Below, in pieces: positions 9,404 to 18,687 of a stretch of DNA of 64,000 nucleotides. The translations under genes were made by a program, and so were the position numbers. Position 1 is the stretch's first letter; every line of letters begins with the position of its first letter. The notes under the pieces were generated by a model. That model was not told where the DNA came from. It saw nothing but the letters and a program-made list of their open reading frames with translations, and did not search any database. The stretch is from Spirochaetia bacterium (GTDB lineage: Bacteria; Spirochaetota; Spirochaetia; UBA9216), in the NCBI GenBank assembly GCA_963677925.2, contig CAXXYH010000003.1:2048001-2112000 (forward strand). The letters run 5' to 3'.

Positions 9404-11170
9404 ATGAAATTCCATAAAAATGAGAACCTCTTTACGAAACCGAAGTTCTCCTTGAAATATAAATTTACAATCAACTTTGTACTGTTCGGGCTGATTGTCG
9501 GGGTTGTTTCATTCTACTTCACTGTGGCACAGTCAACAAGACAACAGCTTGAGGAGGCCAGTACACAGCTGGCTTCAAAACTGGAGCTGTACTATTCTGA
9601 GTACGACCCCGAAGATGCCCGTGAGAAGCTTAGAGAGGATCTTGATGCGATCCTCGATTCTGAATTAGTTGAACTGCCCGCCCTTCACCACTTCAATCTT
9701 TACTTTAAAAGATATACGGAGACGCATTGGCAGATTCATACTATCTACGCAGCAGATAAGGCAGACCTCGCTGGAAATCCGGTTTCTGATCAATTCCTGA
9801 ACAGAGTCCTCACTTCCGGAATGAAAATAACAGGTTTTCAGTTTTTTAAGAAAATAGATTCGGTAACCGCCTATATCAGCGCATCGGAAACAGAGCTTGA
9901 TGCAGTATTTGCCATAACGATAAAGAAAAAAGGAATACTTCATTACCTTTCAGAAAAACGCTACGATATGGTGATCTTTGGACTGAGCTTACTGATTTTT
10001 TCATACATCCTCGGTATAATTTTTTCCAGAAGAATTACAAAACCTATCTATACCCTTGCCCAGAAGGCTCTTGATTTTCATGAGGGAAACAATCGTATAA
10101 GTGTGGAATTATCAAGAAAAGATGAGATAGGCGTATTGTCCCGGATTCTGGATGAAACCTACAGGGAATCATCATCCCGCCTTCATGCCTTGGAGCTTAT
10201 GAACAGTATCGACAAAGCAGTACTCGGGGCGGTAACCATAGATGAGCTGATTCAGAGAGTTACTGAAATAATTTCAGAATTTATCCCTGGAAGCCGGGTC
10301 GCAATAGCAGTTTATGATGATGAGGATACGACATATCGGATAAAATCTGCGGCGGGTCACAGTGAAGTCAGCAGATCAGGACTGAGGTCTCCTGATACAG
10401 AAAATATTTTCGGTACAGAAGATCCCTACCGGATTCCGCTGTACATGCAGGGGAAATATTATGGCTCGCTTCTTGTTACCGGAAAAGAAGAGACGGGTTT
10501 ATCTGATGAAGAAAAGCTGACTTTAAAAAAACTGGGTGATCAGGCTGCTGTTGCGCTTCAGAGAGTTATAGAAATTGAAGAAAGAAACCAGATGCAGATG
10601 GGATCGATAATGGCGCTTTCCCGGGCAATTGATGCAAAATCAAAATGGACTGCAGGACACAGCGAAAGAGTCGCAAAATTAAGCGAGCAGCTGGCGAAAA
10701 AGCTTAATTTCGATGAATCAATGCTTGAGCGGCTGATTATCTCAGCACTGCTGCATGACATAGGAAAGATCGGAGTTCCCGAGGAGATACTGGATAAACC
10801 TTCAAAACTTGATGCTGATGAGTTCCGACAGATAAAAAAACATTCAGAGATCGGATACAGCATTACCGGAAGCATTCCCCATTTTTCAGACATTTGCGAG
10901 GGAGTAAAATATCATCATGAAAGATGGAACGGCAGCGGTTATCCAGATGGTCTTAAAAACATAAATATTCCCGTTTTTGCACGAATTATAGCACTGGCAG
11001 ATGTATTTGATGCGCTTACCTCCGAACGTCCGTACCGCAGCAACATGACTATGGAAGAAGCGCTTGTTTTTATTCAGGAACGCAGGGGAAAAGATTTTGA
11101 TCCGATGCTAAGTGATAAATTCATCCAAATGATTAAAAACACATTTGCAATATCCGCCGCTCAGCAGTAA
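9404..11170 (+). CDS. Membrane HAMP/GAF/HD-GYP cyclic-di-nucleotide phosphodiesterase
   Basis: Two TM helices, HAMP (KDEIGVLS), GAF-like segment, GHSERV, LLHDIGKIG, HHERWNGSGYPDGL and ADVFDALTSERPYR. Confidence 0.9.
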   Translation: MKFHKNENLFTKPKFSLKYKFTINFVLFGLIVGVVSFYFTVAQSTRQQLEEASTQLASKLELYYSEYDPEDAREKLREDLDAILDSELVELPALHHFNLYFKRYTETHWQIHTIYAADKADLAGNPVSDQFLNRVLTSGMKITGFQFFKKIDSVTAYISASETELDAVFAITIKKKGILHYLSEKRYDMVIFGLSLLIFSYILGIIFSRRITKPIYTLAQKALDFHEGNNRISVELSRKDEIGVLSRILDETYRESSSRLHALELMNSIDKAVLGAVTIDELIQRVTEIISEFIPGSRVAIAVYDDEDTTYRIKSAAGHSEVSRSGLRSPDTENIFGTEDPYRIPLYMQGKYYGSLLVTGKEETGLSDEEKLTLKKLGDQAAVALQRVIEIEERNQMQMGSIMALSRAIDAKSKWTAGHSERVAKLSEQLAKKLNFDESMLERLIISALLHDIGKIGVPEEILDKPSKLDADEFRQIKKHSEIGYSITGSIPHFSDICEGVKYHHERWNGSGYPDGLKNINIPVFARIIALADVFDALTSERPYRSNMTMEEALVFIQERRGKDFDPMLSDKFIQMIKNTFAISAAQQ

Positions 11171-11179
11171 CATATAAAT

Positions 11180-12265
11180 ATGGTTACAAACGAAATGATA
11201 AAAAAGCTTCCGAAGGTGGAGCTTCATCACCACCTTGACGGCGGTGTCCGGCCGGCGACAATCATCGATCTGGCTGAAAAACAGAATATTGAAATCCCGT
11301 CTCATGATACAAACGAACTTGCAGACTGGTTTCACCGCGGAGCAGACCGTAAAAGCCTGGCTCTATACCTTGAAGGTTTTGCAGTCAGCTGCTCAGTAAT
11401 GCAGACTAAAGAAGCCCTGATAAGGATTGCCCGTGAAACAATAGAGGATTTAGCCTCAATAAACGTTAAGTATGCAGAGATCAGATTCGCTCCCATTCTT
11501 CATACTGAAACGGGACTAAACCTGGAAGAGATAGTAGAATCAGTTCTAATCGGGCTTGAGGAAGGAAAGCAGTCAACGGGTACGGCATACGGACTGATAA
11601 TCTGCGCAATGAGACATCAGCCCTCCCCGGTATCGCTTGAAATGGCGGAGCTTGCAGTTGCATACAGAAACAGGGGTGTTGTAGGATTTGATATTGCCGG
11701 GGATGAGTTCGGCCATCCGCCGAAAAGACACCTTGATGCCTTTCAGTATATCCGCAACAAGAACTTCAATATAACAATTCATGCCGGTGAGGCGTTCGGA
11801 ATAGAATCAATCTGGCAGGCTCTGCAGATATGCGGTGCCCACAGAATAGGCCATGCAACAAAACTTCTTGAAGATATGGTAGTCCATGGAACAAGAATAG
11901 AAAAACTCGGTTCAATTGCCGATTTTGTAAGAGATAAGCGAATCCCGCTTGAAATGTGCCTGTCTTCAAACATCCAGACCGGTGCAGCACCCTCTCTTGA
12001 CGAGCACCCATTTCATGTTTATTACCGGAATAACTTCAGAGTAACTCTCTGTACAGACAATCCGCTGATGAGCAACACCGATCTGGTAAAAGAGTTCTCA
12101 CTTGCCTCGGAGTACTACAATCTAACGATACGTGATTTTGAGCGAATTACTCTTAACGCAATGAAGTCGGCTTTTGCACATTATGATGATCGTCTTAAAG
12201 TTATCTATGATGTGCTTAAACCCGGGTATGCAAAAATAAGGCAGGAAACGGACCCGACAGAGTAG
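11180..12265 (+). CDS. add: Adenosine deaminase
   Basis: LPKVELHHHLDG, GFDIAGDE, TIHAGE, RIGH, CLSSN and TDN motifs. Confidence 0.9.
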   Translation: MVTNEMIKKLPKVELHHHLDGGVRPATIIDLAEKQNIEIPSHDTNELADWFHRGADRKSLALYLEGFAVSCSVMQTKEALIRIARETIEDLASINVKYAEIRFAPILHTETGLNLEEIVESVLIGLEEGKQSTGTAYGLIICAMRHQPSPVSLEMAELAVAYRNRGVVGFDIAGDEFGHPPKRHLDAFQYIRNKNFNITIHAGEAFGIESIWQALQICGAHRIGHATKLLEDMVVHGTRIEKLGSIADFVRDKRIPLEMCLSSNIQTGAAPSLDEHPFHVYYRNNFRVTLCTDNPLMSNTDLVKEFSLASEYYNLTIRDFERITLNAMKSAFAHYDDRLKVIYDVLKPGYAKIRQETDPTE

Positions 12266-12360
12266 ACAGGAGATGACGATTTAGAAATCACAGAATCGCT
12301 GTCATATGAAATACCGTTTTCACTTGATAATCTGAAAAGTACAGGGATGTGCTTTTTAGA

Positions 12361-12885
12361 TTATTCAATATCAATAATTCCTGTAATACTCTTAAGAGAG
12401 TCTTTTTTAAGCTCCTTTACCATACACCATTGCGCAATATGTTCCTTATCGTTGATATGATAAATGCTGTATTGAAAAGTAGGCCTGAATCCCAGTCTTG
12501 AGTATATAGCCGGATCTCCGCATAGAAAAACAGCCGTAAACCCTTTTTTCAGAGCTTTCCCGCAGGCTGTTTGTATTAATGCACCGGCAATTCCTCTCCT
12601 GAAATATTCTGGATCAACGCAGAGAGGAGACAGAACCAATTCTTTAACCGAGCCATTAATTCCGTAAACTGACATTTCATATAGAACAATCTGTCCGACT
12701 ATTTTCCCGTTACCGTTTTCAGCAACCAAGGAAAGATCAGGAAAAAAAGTATCTCTCTTCCGTATTTCATTCAAATAGTCAGCCTCAGTTCCGTCACTGA
12801 AAGAAGTTGTAGCAAATGATTTTTTTACTAATGTATAGACTTCAGCATAATCACACTGTTTTTCCTGTCTAATATTTATACTCAT
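12361..12885 (-). CDS. GNAT-family N-acetyltransferase (YhbS-like)
   Basis: LSLVAE, IVGQI, LSPLCVDPEYFRRGIA and GDPAIYSRLGF motifs. Confidence 0.85.
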   Translation of the reverse strand: MSINIRQEKQCDYAEVYTLVKKSFATTSFSDGTEADYLNEIRKRDTFFPDLSLVAENGNGKIVGQIVLYEMSVYGINGSVKELVLSPLCVDPEYFRRGIAGALIQTACGKALKKGFTAVFLCGDPAIYSRLGFRPTFQYSIYHINDKEHIAQWCMVKELKKDSLKSITGIIDIE

Positions 12886-12902
12886 GAAGATTCATCTATC
12901 TC

Positions 12903-12948
12903 AAAAATATAAAAAATAAGAACCGGAGAGCATCAACGATGCCTCCGG
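12903..12948 (-). terminator. Terminator-like hairpin in the 5' leader of the GNAT gene (possible attenuator)
   Basis: Minus strand CCGGAG-GCATC-gtt-GATGC-t-CTCCGG followed by TTCTTATTTTTTATATTTTT, just upstream of the start codon. Confidence 0.5.
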
Positions 12949-13076
12949 GAGCCTCACAACGGAATAATGGGTAGAAAAACTTTCCGGAGAAGCAATCAAT
13001 ATATTTTTTATCACAAAACCGCCAATTCAACAAGAATTACTTTGAAAACTGCCCATTCCTGCCGATAGAGATAGTA

Positions 13077-13523
13077 ATGTACCAGCAATTCAGGACGGAA
13101 GGGTCAGCAGCGGTAGCCTCACAAACAGATATCTGTGCTCAGACTATTGATGAACTTCGGGAGCTGTTTCTCGGGCATTTTGACAACTACTGGTTTACAT
13201 CCCTTCTTGAAAAAAATGCTTTCAACCCCTATCGTCTGCGCTATGTCCATGACATGATTGGTATTCAGTCTGTTTACAACACCGAAAAAGAAGTCTTTCA
13301 GGACGGAATTGAAGCGCTTGAAGAGATTATTACTACATCAAAAAGGTATCTTCTTCCTGTAATACGCGATGAACTTAAGATATCCGGATTCTACCGTTCA
13401 AACGGAGGCCCTGGAAGCAGTAACGACAGACTGATGAGGGAACTGTTTTCCTGTACATTCTCACACAACCTTGAACGCCTCGAAGAACTCACAAGGGAAC
13501 TCAAAGAAATAATCAATGAATAA
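13077..13523 (+). CDS. Hypothetical helical protein
   Basis: 148-aa ORF whose end overlaps the start of the SMUG1 gene; no recognisable motif. Confidence 0.6.
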   Translation: MYQQFRTEGSAAVASQTDICAQTIDELRELFLGHFDNYWFTSLLEKNAFNPYRLRYVHDMIGIQSVYNTEKEVFQDGIEALEEIITTSKRYLLPVIRDELKISGFYRSNGGPGSSNDRLMRELFSCTFSHNLERLEELTRELKEIINE

Positions 13524-14247
13524 AAGCAAACTTATGATAGAAGCCTCAAGAAAGCTCAGCCGTGATGCCGGAGATCTGGGCTTCGCAGGAGATGTATACT
13601 GCTCCTATAACCCGCTCGAGTATGCCGCTGTACCGCATGAAAAATACCTGAGTCTATACGCTGGCAACCGGAAGAGGGTTATATTTGTGGGTATGAATCC
13701 GGGCCCATGGGGAATGGCCCAGACGGGAATTCCATTCGGCGAGATTGAAGCTGCACGTGACTGGCTGAGGCTTGAATCAGAGGTGAAAAAACCTGCTGTT
13801 GAACACCCTAAACGTCCGGTCGAAGGCTTTGACTGCGCCAAAAGCGAGGTAAGCGGCCGCCGGCTCTGGGGGCTCATGAAGAACCGCTTCGGAACACCTG
13901 AGAATTTTTTTGAAGATCATTATGTTGAAAACTACTGCCCCCTGAGCTTTATGGCTGAGAGCAGCAGAAATATTACTCCGGATAAACTTCCAGCGAATGA
14001 ACGCAACAGCCTTTTTGAAGTCTGTGACGAACATCTTAGAACCATCTGCGGAATCCTTGAACCTGAATGGGTAATCGGTGTAGGCAAATTCGCTGAAAAA
14101 AGGATAATGGCGGCCCTGAAAGACGGAATAGCTGAGGGCCTCTACAGACACGCCTCAATCCTGCATCCAAGTCCTGCCAGCCCGGCAGCAAACAGGGGCT
14201 GGGATGACGTTGTAATCAGGCAGATGCAGGAACTCGGTCTATGGTAA
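13516..14247 (+). CDS. SMUG1-type (family 3) uracil-DNA glycosylase
   Basis: YNPLEYA, GMNPGPWGMAQTGIPFGE, SEVSGRRLW, NYCPL and HPSPASP motifs. Confidence 0.9.
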   Translation: MNKSKLMIEASRKLSRDAGDLGFAGDVYCSYNPLEYAAVPHEKYLSLYAGNRKRVIFVGMNPGPWGMAQTGIPFGEIEAARDWLRLESEVKKPAVEHPKRPVEGFDCAKSEVSGRRLWGLMKNRFGTPENFFEDHYVENYCPLSFMAESSRNITPDKLPANERNSLFEVCDEHLRTICGILEPEWVIGVGKFAEKRIMAALKDGIAEGLYRHASILHPSPASPAANRGWDDVVIRQMQELGLW

Positions 14248-15282
14248 AAACATACTAAGCATATCAGAAACTGCATCAAGCGCCGCGGAACTCTGAAAAG
14301 ATTTTTCAATTAATCCCTTCGTTCCCCTGATCATCTCAAAAGCCCGGTTTCTTGCCCTTTCAATACTGCCTGATGACTCTATAAGCGCAATAGCTTCTTC
14401 AATTGCCTCCCTGCCGTCTTCAGCGCCAAGCTGCGCGGCCTTATCAAACAGAGAAACAAGCTGGGGCAGTGAATCGGGATAGGCCATCGCATGAAGGATG
14501 ACAGGAAGGCTCTTCTTACCTTCTACAATGTCATCGCCCCGATCTTTTCCGGGGTTGCCGGTTGTAAGATTTGTAACATCATCGATAATCTGGAAGGCGA
14601 CACCGGCATCTTCAAATACATCGCCCAGAGTCACACAGGTATTGGGGTCGGTTCCGCCCACGGCAAAGCCGATCTGGGCAGCCATCCTGGAAAGTGCGCC
14701 GGTTTTAAATCGGCACATCTGAAGATATTCTTCGACACTCGGAAAGTATTCATGGTTGTTATGCCACTGAATATCCAGCCCCTGGCCGAAGTGAAGCCTT
14801 CTTAGGTTAAGAGTATAGTAGCGGTACAGCCTCAGCTTCATTTCATCATCCAGATCGCTCTCATCAATCAGGTAGGTCGGAAGAAAATAAAGAAGGTTGC
14901 CTGTGTTTATAGACATGTCCTCACCGTAAATCTTATGTACGGCAGGCTCGCCTCTGCGCATATCCGACTTGTCTTCGATATCATCGATGATAAGAGAGCC
15001 GTTGTGAGGAAACTCTACGAGGGGACAGAGCGGCATTATGCTCTCGGCATCACCGCCGGCAAGTTCGCAGCAGAGAACCATCAGAACAGGCCTCCAGCGT
15101 TTGCCCCCGCGGCCGAGCAGTTCAAGTGCAGGTTCATTAATTTTATCTACAGAAGTTTCAGTTATCTTATTTCTAACCGGTCCAGCAGTCCGTGATAACC
15201 AGCCCTTATCTGTCACAGCAGGAACAGATCGGGAGATCACCCCTTCTACCTTCTCCAGTAATTCCATATAATGTTTATCCAT
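14239..15282 (-). CDS. Polyprenyl (geranylgeranyl-type) diphosphate synthase
   Basis: GGKRWRP, DDIEDKSDMRRG (FARM), GQGLD, KT and FQIIDD (SARM) motifs. Start placed at MDKHY (uncertain). Confidence 0.9.
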   Translation of the reverse strand: MDKHYMELLEKVEGVISRSVPAVTDKGWLSRTAGPVRNKITETSVDKINEPALELLGRGGKRWRPVLMVLCCELAGGDAESIMPLCPLVEFPHNGSLIIDDIEDKSDMRRGEPAVHKIYGEDMSINTGNLLYFLPTYLIDESDLDDEMKLRLYRYYTLNLRRLHFGQGLDIQWHNNHEYFPSVEEYLQMCRFKTGALSRMAAQIGFAVGGTDPNTCVTLGDVFEDAGVAFQIIDDVTNLTTGNPGKDRGDDIVEGKKSLPVILHAMAYPDSLPQLVSLFDKAAQLGAEDGREAIEEAIALIESSGSIERARNRAFEMIRGTKGLIEKSFQSSAALDAVSDMLSMFLP

Positions 15283-15319
15283 ATATACTAGAAAGCACAA
15301 ACATGGGAGTTACGTCAAT

Positions 15320-15928
15320 ATGTCAAAGCAGAAAGGCGGAAAAAGAAGTGAAGCCGATCATTACACGATCAGGGCAAAGAAGGACGGATACCCCGCACGG
15401 TCAATTTTCAAGCTCGAAGAACTGAACCAGAAGTTCGGAATCTTCAGAAAAAACAGCCGTATTCTCGATGTTGGTGCTGCTCCGGGAAGCTGGAGCCTTT
15501 ACTGCCTGCGTAAAACCGGACCTGATTCAATAGTTGCTGCGGTGGACTTAAAAGAACTGACAATTAAACCGGATAAGAGGCTTTTTTTCTGGCAGGGAGA
15601 CTTTTTTGATGAAAAAATTCAGGCTGAAATCGGCGAAAAAGGCCCCTATGACGCGGTGATTAGCGATGCAGCCCCGTCAACAACCGGGAACCGGACAGTT
15701 GATGCAGGCCGTTCATACAGCCTTGCCGAGGGGATAATCGGGATGATCCCGGTATTTCTGAGCGAAGGCGGCAATTTTACAATAAAAATATTCCAGGGCG
15801 GCGATGAAAAAGCACTGGCAGAAATGCTGTCCCCGGACTTTGAAACGGTAAAAATATTCAAACCAAAGGCCTGCAGAAAGGAATCTTTTGAGACATATCT
15901 CACCGGCCTCAACTACCATAAAGCCTGA
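15320..15928 (+). CDS. rlmE: 23S rRNA (uridine(2552)-2'-O)-methyltransferase
   Basis: GYPARSIFKL, LDVGAAPGSWS, VISDAAP, KIFQG and KPKACRKESFE motifs. Confidence 0.9.
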   Translation: MSKQKGGKRSEADHYTIRAKKDGYPARSIFKLEELNQKFGIFRKNSRILDVGAAPGSWSLYCLRKTGPDSIVAAVDLKELTIKPDKRLFFWQGDFFDEKIQAEIGEKGPYDAVISDAAPSTTGNRTVDAGRSYSLAEGIIGMIPVFLSEGGNFTIKIFQGGDEKALAEMLSPDFETVKIFKPKACRKESFETYLTGLNYHKA

Positions 15929-16034
15929 AAGCAGAAATTCCGACATTTTCTCATCTCTTTAAAATTTTCAGTATCAATATTATAAATGTTGAAGCCGAAA
16001 TTAAACCGAGGGGTCAATCTTTGGAGAGGTTTCA

Positions 16035-16604
16035 ATGAATGCAAACGCGATTGATATTGCTGAGAACTTAATACTTACAGGCTACCTGAGAGAAGCCAGG
16101 AAAATACTGTCAACAATACTGCTGGAAGAGCCGGATAACGATCGTGCAATATGTTACATGGGAATAGTCCTCACGGAAAGCGGTGAAAATGATGAAGCAA
16201 TCAGAACTCTTGATTACTACATCAAAAAGAACACCGAGACTCCGGAAGCCTGGGAAGCCCTGGGCTGTGCCTGGTTTAAAAAGGGTGATCTGCTCAGAGC
16301 CGAAGAATACCTGCAGAGGGCTGAACGTCTCTCACCGGAGAGTCCGTCAATTATGAGAAACATAGGTGTTCTTTACGGTATCCAGAACAAGGTTGAAGAA
16401 TCGCATGACTATATAATGAAATCATATGATCTCAACCCCTACGATTACCGGACTCTGTATGCACTTACATATTCCTATCTCAACCAGAAGAAATATGAAG
16501 AAGCAAGGGATATAATAGAGGAAGCACTGTATCTGGATTTCCCTGCCGACATCAGAAAAGAACTTGAGCTTGTCTTCATAAAAATCCAGATCAACTGGAT
16601 GTAA
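16035..16604 (+). CDS. TPR-repeat protein
   Basis: Repeated helix-pair patterns (AICYMG, AWEALG, MRNIG, LYAL); stop overlaps the next start. Confidence 0.8.
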   Translation: MNANAIDIAENLILTGYLREARKILSTILLEEPDNDRAICYMGIVLTESGENDEAIRTLDYYIKKNTETPEAWEALGCAWFKKGDLLRAEEYLQRAERLSPESPSIMRNIGVLYGIQNKVEESHDYIMKSYDLNPYDYRTLYALTYSYLNQKKYEEARDIIEEALYLDFPADIRKELELVFIKIQINWM

Positions 16605-17266
16605 TGCAAAGACTGAAGATACTTATACTTATAATATTTACAGCTGCCGCCTTTTCATGTGCAACAACAGCACTAAATGAAGGCGGTTTCCCGGATGAAA
16701 CCGGGCCTGTCCGGACTGAAACGGAAATTCAGAAAAAACTTCAGGCCTCCGCGGAATACATGCTTGGAAAGGAAAGCCTCGACATCAACGGAAGACATTT
16801 CAACATGGACTGTTCCGGAACCGTGCTCGCCATTTACTACCATGCAGGAATTGATCTTGAAAAAAGCTACGCTCTCTATGAAGGCAACGGTGTAAGACGT
16901 ATATACCAGTTCCTGCGTGACAACAGCCTTATACATACCGGTAAAACCCCCTCACCCGGCGATCTTATTTTCTGGGATAACACCTATGATCGTGACGGTG
17001 ACGGGAAATTCAATGACTATTTTACCCATGTAGGAATGGTAGTCGATACGGACAGCCGGGGAAATATCACATATATTCATGAAAACTATGCCAAGGGTAT
17101 AGTCTACGAAAAGATGAACCTTTTAAAACCGGATAATACAAGTCTCAACTCTCCGATGCGTATGAAGGGTTCTCCCCCTGACCCGGAGGGCCGGTATCTC
17201 TCCAGCCATCTGCTGCGGGTTTTCGGCCGGGCCTGGGAAGTACCGAAAGAATATTTTATTAAATAA
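16604..17266 (+). CDS. NlpC/P60 (CHAP-like) lipoprotein, putative peptidoglycan hydrolase
   Basis: Lipobox AFSC, DCSG catalytic Cys, PGDLIFW and THVG His motifs. Confidence 0.8.
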   Translation: MQRLKILILIIFTAAAFSCATTALNEGGFPDETGPVRTETEIQKKLQASAEYMLGKESLDINGRHFNMDCSGTVLAIYYHAGIDLEKSYALYEGNGVRRIYQFLRDNSLIHTGKTPSPGDLIFWDNTYDRDGDGKFNDYFTHVGMVVDTDSRGNITYIHENYAKGIVYEKMNLLKPDNTSLNSPMRMKGSPPDPEGRYLSSHLLRVFGRAWEVPKEYFIK

Positions 17267-17274
17267 ATCCCGCC

Positions 17275-17739
17275 CTAAAGCGGGAATTCCTTCGATATTT
17301 TAATTCTAAGCTCATCTGCGTCATAAATCTTCTCACAGTAATGACACATGTAGTCTGAGTTATTTTTTGTTTTGTCAAAACGGCTCTTCAGCTTTTCAAC
17401 ATTGGTAATACAGTTGGAATTGGGACAATGGGCGATATTTTCAAGGACCTCGGGAAGCTCAACCTTCCACTTGTCCTGCGTCTCGTAATTCCTGATGATG
17501 GTGATGGTCGCTGTGGGTGCAACCAGGGCAATCCTGTTTACATCATCAGCGGTAAGCTCATGATTCTCAATCTTTACAATATCCTTCCGGCCGAGCTTGG
17601 TACTTGAAAGATTCATTCCCACACTGACAAGATCCTTACCGCCTCCGTTGAGAATCTTGAGAACCAGAAGAGCCTTTCCGCCGGGAATATGGTCAATTAC
17701 AGTTCCGTCCTTGATGGCATCAACTTTCATCTGTTTCAT
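17275..17739 (-). CDS. pyrI: Aspartate carbamoyltransferase regulatory chain
   Basis: IKDGTVIDHI, KDIVKIE, CPNSNCIT and CHYCE zinc motifs. Confidence 0.95.
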   Translation of the reverse strand: MKQMKVDAIKDGTVIDHIPGGKALLVLKILNGGGKDLVSVGMNLSSTKLGRKDIVKIENHELTADDVNRIALVAPTATITIIRNYETQDKWKVELPEVLENIAHCPNSNCITNVEKLKSRFDKTKNNSDYMCHYCEKIYDADELRIKISKEFPL

Positions 17740-18668
17740 GCTGCACCTCCTGTCATACCGGTAAGCGTTGAGAGAATTGCCTGCCTCATGTAAACGCCGT
17801 TCTCAGCCTGCTGAAAATAGTAGGCATGAGGTGAGCTGTCCACCTCTGTAGCTATTTCATCAACCCTCGGAAGCGGATGAAGAATCTTCATATTTTCCTT
17901 TGCTCCCCTTATTGTATTGTTATTAACAATATAGGAGCCTTTGAGCTTTTCATATTCCTCGGGGTCGGCGAACCTTTCTTTCTGTATTCTGGTGACATAC
18001 ATGACATCCAGTTCGGGAACAACTTCATCGACTGTTTCAAGTTCGGTGTATCCGATTCCGAGGTCGGTCAGCCCGGTTTTAATGTGCTCGGGCATATGAA
18101 GGTGGGTCGGGGATATAAAGTAAAACTCCGGCCTGAAAGGGACCAGTGCCTGGGCAAGCGAGTGAACCGTCCTGCCGAATCGCAGGTCGCCCATCAGGCC
18201 TATTTTAAGCCCCTCAAGCGTTCCCTGGGTCTTCTTGATTGAATACATATCAAGCAGAGCCTGGGTCGGATGCTGATTTGCCCCGTCACCGGCATTGACT
18301 ATGGGCAGGCCGATAATCTCTGACGCATATCTTGCCGCACCTTCAATGGCGGATCTTATAACCATAATATCGCAGTAACGCTCGATGGTTTTCAGTGTGT
18401 CGGCAAAGCTTTCACCCTTCTGTACCGACGTACCGCCGGTTCCTTTCATCAGCAGAGTTTCCCCTCCAAGTCTCTTCATCGCTGATTCAAATGAAAAGCA
18501 GGTCCTTGTTGAAGGCTCGAAGAAAAGCAGTGCTGCTATCTTTCCGCCCATGTCCGGTTTAAGCCGGCCTGACTCAATCAACCCCGCAGTTTCAACAAGG
18601 TAAAGCAGATCCTCTCTGCTGAGGTCCTTCATTGAAATAATGTGCCTCTGACTAAACTTATCAGTCAC
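17736..18668 (-). CDS. pyrB: Aspartate carbamoyltransferase catalytic chain
   Basis: FFEPSTRT, NAGDGANQHPTQ, GRTVHSL, TRIQKER and HPLPR motifs. Confidence 0.97.
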   Translation of the reverse strand: MTDKFSQRHIISMKDLSREDLLYLVETAGLIESGRLKPDMGGKIAALLFFEPSTRTCFSFESAMKRLGGETLLMKGTGGTSVQKGESFADTLKTIERYCDIMVIRSAIEGAARYASEIIGLPIVNAGDGANQHPTQALLDMYSIKKTQGTLEGLKIGLMGDLRFGRTVHSLAQALVPFRPEFYFISPTHLHMPEHIKTGLTDLGIGYTELETVDEVVPELDVMYVTRIQKERFADPEEYEKLKGSYIVNNNTIRGAKENMKILHPLPRVDEIATEVDSSPHAYYFQQAENGVYMRQAILSTLTGMTGGAA

Positions 18669-18687
18669 GTGCTCTCCTCCCTGTAAT

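Noticed and set aside
13042-13068. sigma28 promoters at 13061 (GCCGATAG), 15994 (GCCGAAAT) and near 52975 (minus strand GCCGATTA)
   Set aside because: Only -10-like boxes; no TAAA at 15-nt spacing.
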